Below are positions 17,191 to 24,683 of a stretch of DNA of 64,000 nucleotides, in pieces (position 1 is the stretch's first letter; each line of letters opens with the position of its first letter). Made by a program: the position numbers and the translations under genes. Source of the stretch: Verrucomicrobiota bacterium (lineage in GTDB: Bacteria; Verrucomicrobiota; Verrucomicrobiia; Methylacidiphilales; JBCCWR01); contig JBCCWR010000001.1 in the NCBI GenBank assembly GCA_039193385.1, positions 7,755 through 71,754 of the forward strand, given 5' to 3'. The notes below the pieces were generated by a model. It did no database searches and had not been told where the DNA came from. It saw only the letters and a list, made by a program, of their open reading frames with translations.

Positions 17191-19134
17191 CTAAGGAGCA
17201 GGAGATTCCACTTTATGTGCTTTTAAGGGATGGTCCGAATATTGAGTCCAACTGATAACTTTATCTCCTGAAAACATGACTACAGAGAGTCCGTAATACC
17301 AAATACTATCCGAGAAAGCGCGTGGCGTGCCTTGAACAGCGAGCACGACATCCTTGGAAGAGCCTATAGTAAAGAAGTCAGGAGGATTGCTAACCGATTG
17401 ACGAGGAAGAAGCTTCACTGTTAATGGGTCGTTATCCGTGCTGTTCCAGGTGGTGACTTTGCGATCTGAGAAGGTGACAGATGATAATTTATAAAACCAA
17501 ACGTTGGCTTCTTTTGAAGTCGGTTCTCCCATAATACGTACAACATCTTCCTCACTGGATCCCACAGTTATGAAATTCATGCTGTCGGTAGATGAAGCCT
17601 GAGAAACAGGGGCTATATTGGTTTCACTAGTTTTTTGTTTGCTTTCAGATGTGTTGGTGGTGGAAAGGGATTGTAAATCCTCCTCGGTTAGCTCAGTTAT
17701 AACGGGTTTGATATCTGTCAAAATTTGAGGTGCTTCAGTAATAGATTCTAATAGAGGCGTTTGAGATGGTTGCTCCGTTGTGGGTTCAATATCATCCTTT
17801 ACTACTTCGGTTTCTTGATTGGATTCTGCGGAGGTTGTAGATAGAGGCTCTTGGACGCTAAGTCTTGGCTCCGAAATTTTTGGTTCAGTCGGTTTCTCAA
17901 GGCCCAGCTCTTCCAGAATATCTTTTGGTTCTGTTGAGTTCTTGGATGTCGACTGAAACATTTGATCTGGCCGGAAGATAAAGAAAGCTGTCATGGTTGC
18001 GGCGTAGATAAAAATGAGTGCTATGATGATTAATAGTTTGAAGTCTATTTCTTTTCTGGATTTTTTGTAGGTGCTAACATTGACTGCAGCAGTCTTATCA
18101 TAATGTGAGGCAATGTTGTTCGGATCTGCTTCACGTGAGGTTGGAAGTTTTGGTAATGCTTCCGCTGGCTTATTTGGTTGATTTGATTGTTGATGGTGAT
18201 TTGGCTGTATTTGTTGTTTAAATGGTTTGGGTGCTGAAGAAATGAGAGGTGCCGGAGAAACAGGGGTATTGGGGGTATTGGAAGTAAGATTAGCATTAGA
18301 AATACTTGGCTCATTTTCTTCAGGCTGTTCTGCAGAAAGATGTTCTTGGGGAGGATTTTCCTGTAGCAAAGGTGGAGTGGAAAGTGTTTGCGGGGATTCT
18401 CTATGTTCCGTCTGTTCTTGGTCTTCGGATGTCGTTTCGCTTAAGACAGGTTCAGCCTCTTGTTGCTCAGTATGCTCCTCAGGTGTAAGTGAGTTGACCT
18501 GAAGGGGTATTTTCTTTGTCGGTGCTGACGATTTACTCTTTTCTCTTTTCTCAGAAGGCGTAGATGTTGATTGATCTATGGCTGAGGTTGAGACTTTTTG
18601 CTGTTGTGGTTCGCTTTGACCGAAAAACTGTGGAGGTGGCATAGCTTCAGGGCTAAGCCGCATAACAGGTCGCGGGGTCTTTTTGGTGGGAGCATCCGAC
18701 TCGATGGGTTGGTCTAAGCTGAGTTCTGGTTGAGCAACAGGTTCTGATGTGGCTGCAGGATTGGATGGTAAAGAAGTTTCGGCAGGGCTCTCTGCTTGTT
18801 GACTCGCTCCGTTAGTTTCTTTGTTTTGAGGAAGAATAGGCAAACTTTCTTCGAACTCATCGAACTTGATTTTTTCAACCGCTTGAATGTTGCCACGAGA
18901 AATTTTAACTGTATGTGCACCATCATCATCAATCTCTGCCGAGCAAATTTTACCGTAGGCGATGTTAATCTCTTTGAGATGAGCCTTGGCATGGTCGCGG
19001 AGTTTGGAGTTCTCTGCAAATCGGTCCGGGTGCCACACATCGACCAGTTCGTAGTAGGCTTGGTTAATTTGCTCTGTGCTTGCACCTGGAAGCAGTCCTA
19101 AAATTTTGTAGTATTTGGTAAGATCTTGTTCCAT
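17191..19134 (-). CDS. J-domain membrane protein with a long low-complexity linker and two C-terminal BamE/SmpA-like repeats
   Basis: J domain YYKILGLLPGAS...VWHPDRF. Pro/Gln/Ser/Glu-rich region of about 300 aa. Transmembrane helix LLIIIALIFIYAATMTAFFIF. Two repeats of about 55 aa (FITVGSSEEDVVRIMGEPT... and FFTIGSSKDVVLAVQGTPR...). Confidence 0.8.
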   Translation of the reverse strand: MEQDLTKYYKILGLLPGASTEQINQAYYELVDVWHPDRFAENSKLRDHAKAHLKEINIAYGKICSAEIDDDGAHTVKISRGNIQAVEKIKFDEFEESLPILPQNKETNGASQQAESPAETSLPSNPAATSEPVAQPELSLDQPIESDAPTKKTPRPVMRLSPEAMPPPQFFGQSEPQQQKVSTSAIDQSTSTPSEKREKSKSSAPTKKIPLQVNSLTPEEHTEQQEAEPVLSETTSEDQEQTEHRESPQTLSTPPLLQENPPQEHLSAEQPEENEPSISNANLTSNTPNTPVSPAPLISSAPKPFKQQIQPNHHQQSNQPNKPAEALPKLPTSREADPNNIASHYDKTAAVNVSTYKKSRKEIDFKLLIIIALIFIYAATMTAFFIFRPDQMFQSTSKNSTEPKDILEELGLEKPTEPKISEPRLSVQEPLSTTSAESNQETEVVKDDIEPTTEQPSQTPLLESITEAPQILTDIKPVITELTEEDLQSLSTTNTSESKQKTSETNIAPVSQASSTDSMNFITVGSSEEDVVRIMGEPTSKEANVWFYKLSSVTFSDRKVTTWNSTDNDPLTVKLLPRQSVSNPPDFFTIGSSKDVVLAVQGTPRAFSDSIWYYGLSVVMFSGDKVISWTQYSDHPLKAHKVESPAP

Positions 19135-19160
19135 GTCCCAAGTCTAATGAAATCAACTAA

Positions 19161-19568
19161 TTATGATAATTGTGGCCTAAGATATGGCTGTTGGTCAACG
19201 GGTCTTTTTAAGATAGTTACGCGTTCCGCTTTTGACGAGGTAAGAGCATTGGCCGTGCATTGATAAAGATTTCGGGAAAAATGAATAACTTTCTTATAGG
19301 AGTAACGAATGAATCCAGGCTTGTTCTGGTAGATGCGCATAACTCGCTCAAGGTCTTTGATAGCTTGTTCTGGGGTATGGCCCCAGCCGTAGGGTTGAAT
19401 GAGGATGCGTACTGTATTATCTTTGGCTGCATATCCTTTTCTAATCTGTAGATCACGCTACACAAAGTTTTCATACACAGAATTAGCCAAAGTCTTGTTG
19501 GCGATGAGTGTTGATGTAAGTGAGATCAAAGTGATAAAAAGAATTGGTTTGAAGAAATTTTGCGTCAT
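19161..19568 (-). pseudogene. signal-peptide ORF interrupted by an in-frame TAG at codon 37
   Basis: From the ATG at 19568 it reads MTQNFFKPILFITLISLTSTLIANKTLANSVYENFV, then TAG (19458-19460). The same frame stays open for 98 more codons (RDLQIRKGYAAKDNTVRILIQPYGWGHTPEQAIKDLERVMRIY...) to TAA at 19161-19163. Confidence 0.35.
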
Positions 19569-19648
19569 AAAACAATAGAGAATTATTCATATAAATCATC
19601 AACTGGCAAAGAGGTTAAATAAGCTTTCCGTCTTCAATTTGCAGCCTT

Positions 19649-20323
19649 ATGAAAAAGATCGTATTAACTGGAGTTACTCGTGGACTCGGTGCCGCGCTGG
19701 CAAGGTATTTTTCTGAGCAGGGTCATGTTGTGCTGGGATGTGGCCGTTCTCAGGAAAATGTTTTAAAAATACAAAAAGAGCTGGGCGAACCGCATATGGT
19801 AGAAGTTGTTGATGTTGCAGATGATGAAGCCGTTAAACAGTGGGCTGAGCATATCATGGCTTCTTATGAAGCACCTGATTTTTTGATTAATAATGCAGCC
19901 TTGATGAATAAAACAGTTTCGTTATGGGAAGTGCCTGTTGAAAATTTTGATGCTGTTGTTGATGTTAATATCAAAGGCGTAGCCAATGTTATTCGTCATT
20001 TTGTGCCTGCTATGGTCATGCGTAAACGCGGTGTGATTATCAATTTTAGTTCAGGATGGGGACGTTCTGTTTCACCCGACGTGGCTCCCTATTGCGCCAC
20101 TAAGTGGGCTATAGAAGGCTTGACCAAGGCGCTTGCACATGAATTACCACAAGGTATGGCTGCTGTGCCTTTGAATCCCGGTATCATAGACACAGATATG
20201 CTGCGTAGTTGTTGGCAGGAATCGGCTGGTGCTTATCCCACGGCTGATGAATGGGTTAAAAAGGCTGGTTCTAAGATTCTAAAAGTCGAAGCATCGGACA
20301 ATGGTGTATCACTATCTGTGTGA
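19649..20323 (+). CDS. SDR family oxidoreductase
   Basis: TGVTRGLG cofactor motif, NNAA, and a YCATK catalytic motif. 224 aa. Confidence 0.85.
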   Translation: MKKIVLTGVTRGLGAALARYFSEQGHVVLGCGRSQENVLKIQKELGEPHMVEVVDVADDEAVKQWAEHIMASYEAPDFLINNAALMNKTVSLWEVPVENFDAVVDVNIKGVANVIRHFVPAMVMRKRGVIINFSSGWGRSVSPDVAPYCATKWAIEGLTKALAHELPQGMAAVPLNPGIIDTDMLRSCWQESAGAYPTADEWVKKAGSKILKVEASDNGVSLSV

Positions 20324-20374
20324 TATGCTTTTTGATATCTTTAAACCGGCATTGAGCAATAGCAACACGACCAT

Positions 20375-20428
20375 CTTCCCAAGCTTTCACACATCTGACT
20401 CGCCCTCTATTGCTTAATACAGGTTAGA
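20375..20428 (+). repeat. dispersed intergenic repeat, long degenerate copy
   Basis: CTTCCCAAGCTTTCACACATCTGACTCGCCCTCTATTGCTTAATACAGGTTAGAA aligns along its length with the copy at 44384-44435. Confidence 0.45.
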
Positions 20429-20470
20429 ATTGACTGGTCAAATCTCTCTTAACAATTTAGCAATGGACTA

Positions 20471-20671
20471 ATGAATATATTACGAGTTTGCATATTCTGT
20501 GGGGTGGGTGTTGTTCTGATTTTTAGTTTGAGTTCTTGTGCGCAAATGCGCACAGATCCTGAAAAAGAGGGTTGGCAAGGACCAGGCGTCAGTAAAAACG
20601 AAGTGGATTACGCTGGTGAGCATCCAGCAGATACGCGCGTGGATGCTTTTCGTTTTAAGAAGACGCTATAG
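20471..20671 (+). CDS. small putative lipoprotein
   Basis: 66 aa with a signal peptide and lipobox (LSSC). Its 3' end overlaps the convergent creC by 17 nt. Confidence 0.4.
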   Translation: MNILRVCIFCGVGVVLIFSLSSCAQMRTDPEKEGWQGPGVSKNEVDYAGEHPADTRVDAFRFKKTL

Positions 20672-22115
20672 GGAGTTGCAGTTGGGCTTTGGTTCCAGAG
20701 TCTTGGTTATTTCTTTTTGTCAGTTGAATTTCCCCACCGTGTAAAGTAGCCACTTCCTTCACAAAGGGAAGACCGAGCCCAGAGCTCTTGTGTTTTGAGT
20801 CAGGGCGAGGAAGTGAGTAGAAACGATCAAATATTTTATCTTGTGCGTACTCGGGGATACCCGTGCCTTGATCTTCGATCATTATATAGGCTATGGCATT
20901 CTTACAAGTAAGAGATACCTGAATGGCACCTTTCTTTGGGCTAAAATCAATAGCGTTTTGCAGCAAATTTAAAATGGCCTGATGGAGTAGGAACGCATCA
21001 CCCTTTACATAGATATGATCCTCTAAGTTCATTTGAAGACTTAACTGTTTTGCCATTAAAAGAGGGGTCCTGCTATTAATGGTTTGCTGGATTAATGGAT
21101 TCAGATCGATCGGTTCATAGGTTTCAAGTGACTTAATAGATTCGAGAGAGGCCAGTCTTAGCATTTTTTCAATAATGCCTGTTATGCGTTGGGCCTCATT
21201 CTTGATGTTAGTGAGGAATTTATGGCGTTGCGCGAGTGACATACGTTCCTGCAAAAGTTCAGCCGCTCCTCGTATAGCCGAAACAGGGCTTTTAAGTTCG
21301 TGCGTTAATGTTTGTACATACTGTTCAACGTATTGGCGGCCTTCGAGGGCGTCCCGCATTTCTTCAAAAGCGAAGCCAAGTTTTTTTAATTCACGCGCCA
21401 TGAAGAGTTGTGGCAATTTCACACGCTGGCCATCACGCACCTGACGAGCATACTGAGTTAAAGCGGATATGGGATGCGTGAGCCAGAATGAAATAAGCAG
21501 TCCGAGCATGATTGTGCCCAGACCGGCATATATTCCAGTGCGTATTACTTTCTGAGTGGCGGTATGGATAAATTCACTCAGACCTGTTGTCGGTTTGCAT
21601 AAGGTAAGCACACCAATAAGTTTGCCATCTTTTATCATAGGTGAGGCAACATAGAGCGTGCTGGCTGTGGGGTTAGATGGGTCATCTTTGGTGGAACGGG
21701 CCCCATATTTTCCCTGAAGCGTAAGCTTCACATCGCGCCAATGCGAATAGTCTGCGCCGATTTTGGCTCTTTTCTCTGGTGCCCGCGAATCATAAAGGAT
21801 GAATCCCTTGGCATCTGTTATGTATATATCGACATCAATATTATTTTTAAGACGTCCATAGATCTGTGCCTGAGGGTTCGTTGTGTGAACATGGGCGAAG
21901 ATACGCTCAAGCTTTGCTTTATGAATGACATTATCTTGTTCATGCAGTGCTTGTGTAACCAGTGATGCCAGCAGATTGGATGAATCAACGAGTGATTCTT
22001 CAATGGACTCGAGATAGCGCGGGCGAAGCTCATTGATCACCGAATGGGTCAGATAATAAATACCAATAGCGGTAATTAAGATATAGGAAAGAAAGATGCC
22101 ACGTCGTATGGTCAT
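20655..22115 (-). CDS. creC: two-component sensor histidine kinase, CreC-like
   Basis: 486 aa. DYSHWRDVKLTLQGKYGARST and YVQTLTHELKSPVSAIRGAAELL closely parallel E. coli CreC as I recall it. HATPase motifs are present (NAIDF, DQGTGIP, GLGL). Confidence 0.8.
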   Translation of the reverse strand: MTIRRGIFLSYILITAIGIYYLTHSVINELRPRYLESIEESLVDSSNLLASLVTQALHEQDNVIHKAKLERIFAHVHTTNPQAQIYGRLKNNIDVDIYITDAKGFILYDSRAPEKRAKIGADYSHWRDVKLTLQGKYGARSTKDDPSNPTASTLYVASPMIKDGKLIGVLTLCKPTTGLSEFIHTATQKVIRTGIYAGLGTIMLGLLISFWLTHPISALTQYARQVRDGQRVKLPQLFMARELKKLGFAFEEMRDALEGRQYVEQYVQTLTHELKSPVSAIRGAAELLQERMSLAQRHKFLTNIKNEAQRITGIIEKMLRLASLESIKSLETYEPIDLNPLIQQTINSRTPLLMAKQLSLQMNLEDHIYVKGDAFLLHQAILNLLQNAIDFSPKKGAIQVSLTCKNAIAYIMIEDQGTGIPEYAQDKIFDRFYSLPRPDSKHKSSGLGLPFVKEVATLHGGEIQLTKRNNQDSGTKAQLQLPIASS

Positions 22116-22232
22116 GAGATTTCATCAATTAACAATACTGCACAGAGTAACAGGATCACTTCCAATTAACAGCTTGACCCGTTAGATAGATTAAGGAAGA
22201 TACGTTTACAAGCAACCAATGAAAAAACTACC

Positions 22233-22913
22233 ATGATTAAAACTACCTTTCTCACCTTTATTTCTTTACTGACAGCATCTGTTTTGCAAGCTGCTGAACC
22301 TATCCAACTCTTTAATGGCAATGACATTGAAGGTTGGACGAAAAAAGGAGGAAACGCTACCTACGAAGTCATAGATGGTGTAATCATCGGTACCACCGCA
22401 AAAGATAATTCCCCTAATACCTTTCTTTGTCCGCCCAACAAATACGGTAACTTTGAGCTGACTTTTGAAGTGAATTGTGACACAGATTTGAATAGTGGAG
22501 TTCAGGTACGTTCACAAGATAATCCCTCAGATCTGCCTGATAGCCTGGATGAAAAATCAAAGAAGAAAGCCATAGGACGAACTAAATCCGGAAGTCTATG
22601 TGGGCCACAGGTTGAAATTGCTGCTAAACCAAAAGCGGGTTCTGTTTACTTTGAGGGTGTTGGCGGTTGGATTCTTTTATCCGATGAAAAATTAGCTTTG
22701 AAAAGCTACAAAAAGGATGCATGGAACAGCTATAAAGTTCGAGCCGTAGATTCGAACATTCAGGTCTGGATTAATGGTGAAAAAGTTACAGATGGAGAAG
22801 ACACAATGTCTGGTTTCAAGGAGGGTTATATCGGGTTGCAGGTTCACCGTATTAAACCGGGAACAGGACCTTTCCAGGTGCGTTTTCGCAATATTACGAT
22901 TACTGAGCTATAA
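22233..22913 (+). CDS. DUF1080 (3-keto-disaccharide hydrolase-like) secreted protein
   Basis: Signal peptide, then LFNGNDIEGWTKKGGNATYEVIDGVIIGTT and YIGLQVH, which are typical of DUF1080. Confidence 0.8.
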   Translation: MIKTTFLTFISLLTASVLQAAEPIQLFNGNDIEGWTKKGGNATYEVIDGVIIGTTAKDNSPNTFLCPPNKYGNFELTFEVNCDTDLNSGVQVRSQDNPSDLPDSLDEKSKKKAIGRTKSGSLCGPQVEIAAKPKAGSVYFEGVGGWILLSDEKLALKSYKKDAWNSYKVRAVDSNIQVWINGEKVTDGEDTMSGFKEGYIGLQVHRIKPGTGPFQVRFRNITITEL

Positions 22914-22954
22914 ATGAGGTTCTGTTATTCTTTTTCTTTTTGTGACTAGGCACT

Positions 22955-24604
22955 TTAAAGATTTTCAAGTTCGGGAGGAATGATTACCTTTTTTCCTTTT
23001 ATTTTAAGTTTCTGAACCAGGTCAATTTGTTCATCAACCTGTCCAGGTTCAGCAGCATTACCTCCGGGAATGAATTCGCCATAAGGTCGTTCGAAAATTT
23101 GCAGAACTTCGGTTAACTTCTTCTGCATCTCTTTTTTCTTAGGTTTGTATTCAGCAGATGCGGCTAGATTATCCATTTCTTTAGGGTCTTTGCTCATATT
23201 ATAAAGCTGGTCTTCTTTCCAGAAACCAGGGTGATCAGCTCCTCTAAAACCTATACCTGGTCTATTTAAGGGGCTTATAGCTTTGGGTAACTTTTGGAGG
23301 CTGACTTTCTTGATCGTTTGGATTCGTTCCTGTGTATGACGTGAGGCGATGTATTTCCATTCGTGAGTCATGATGGCTCTGGCAGATCCTATTTCAAAAT
23401 AAAGATGATCTCTCCATTCGTTTTGAGGTGCCTTACCATCTTTAAATAGCGGGCTTAAACTGATACCATGTATTTTATAATCTGAGGGCACTTCAGCTTG
23501 AGCTAGATCAAAAAAAGTAGGCACCATATCTATATTTTGCACGAGTTCATTGCACTCTAATCCGGCAGATATACCTGCAGGCCAGCGCATTAGTAGGGGA
23601 ATATGACTGCCGTTGTGTGCATACACACAGCCCTTATCGCTACTGCCGTGGTCTGGGGCAAAAACAACGAGTGTATTGTTATCTATGCCTAGTGCTTGAA
23701 GTTTATCCAGCAGTACTCCTAAGTTGGCATCTATCCATGCTCTACCGAAGTGGGTTTTAGGATCCAGACCTTTCTCCTGCAGAAGCTGCAAGAGGTTTTG
23801 ACGTGCTTGGACAACTTCCGGGTCTGGCTCAACATAACCTTGTCCCGTGTTCTCTGGTTCTGTCATACTTTTGTACCATTCCCCATTGGGACCATGGAGT
23901 AAGGTGCTGCAATAGTGCAGGTAAAAAGGTTTCTTTTTTTGGGTCTGTGTTTCAATAAATTCCAGAGCGGCTTGCATGGTCCATTCTGGGTTATGAGAAG
24001 AGTAAGGCTTATTCATATTTCCCCAATAAATATGCTTAGCCCACGTAAAGCCCCGTTTCATGATCAACTTGCGATAAACGAGTTCATTCGCTTTAAAAAC
24101 ATCTGAAACCTCTGGGCTATGCTTCTCAGTCTTTACAGGCTTAATACCGTACTTGAGTTCGTCCTCACTTGTCCCTTCAGTACCATGCACATGGTATTTG
24201 CCGACAAAACCTGTGGCATAGCCGTTAGCAGCGAGAACAGCTCCGACATTCATATTATCCTCTTCCAGACCCATGTTGAATGCAACATGCCCTTGCTGGC
24301 CCGGAGGACATTCATTTAAATAAGACTTATCATAAGCTGCGCCTGCATAGCGCCCTGTCAAAAAAGTGTAGCGTGAGGGGGTGCAAACAGTGCTGCTCAC
24401 ATAGGCTTTATTAAATTTAATACCCTCGGCGGCCATACGTTCTAGATTTGGCGTGTAGGTTTCTCCACCATAAGGGCTTAATTCTTCAAAGTCCTGATCA
24501 TCTATGAGAAACATAATAATATTGGGCTTCGAGGAAGCATGAGCCATCTGGCACAAGACACCTATTAAGAAAATAGAAATTAGTTGAGTGAAAGCGGTCT
24601 TCAT
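22955..24604 (-). CDS. sulfatase (formylglycine-dependent)
   Basis: Signal peptide, PNIIMFLIDDQD, and the C-x-P-x-R sulfatase signature CTPSRYTFLTGRY. Confidence 0.9.
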   Translation of the reverse strand: MKTAFTQLISIFLIGVLCQMAHASSKPNIIMFLIDDQDFEELSPYGGETYTPNLERMAAEGIKFNKAYVSSTVCTPSRYTFLTGRYAGAAYDKSYLNECPPGQQGHVAFNMGLEEDNMNVGAVLAANGYATGFVGKYHVHGTEGTSEDELKYGIKPVKTEKHSPEVSDVFKANELVYRKLIMKRGFTWAKHIYWGNMNKPYSSHNPEWTMQAALEFIETQTQKKKPFYLHYCSTLLHGPNGEWYKSMTEPENTGQGYVEPDPEVVQARQNLLQLLQEKGLDPKTHFGRAWIDANLGVLLDKLQALGIDNNTLVVFAPDHGSSDKGCVYAHNGSHIPLLMRWPAGISAGLECNELVQNIDMVPTFFDLAQAEVPSDYKIHGISLSPLFKDGKAPQNEWRDHLYFEIGSARAIMTHEWKYIASRHTQERIQTIKKVSLQKLPKAISPLNRPGIGFRGADHPGFWKEDQLYNMSKDPKEMDNLAASAEYKPKKKEMQKKLTEVLQIFERPYGEFIPGGNAAEPGQVDEQIDLVQKLKIKGKKVIIPPELENL

Positions 24605-24683
24605 AATCTGTGGTGATGTTAAGACTTGTTTTGCTATAAGATGCTTACTTTTCAGTATGATTTAAATGTAAATTTCCAGTTTT

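Noticed and set aside
19217-19474. The 85-aa ORF from the track (MKTLCSVIYRLEKDMQ...).
   Set aside because: An alternative frame on the same strand gives a signal peptide plus a longer, more protein-like product interrupted by one TAG (see the finding at 19161-19568). The 85-aa frame has no recognisable features. Neither is proven.
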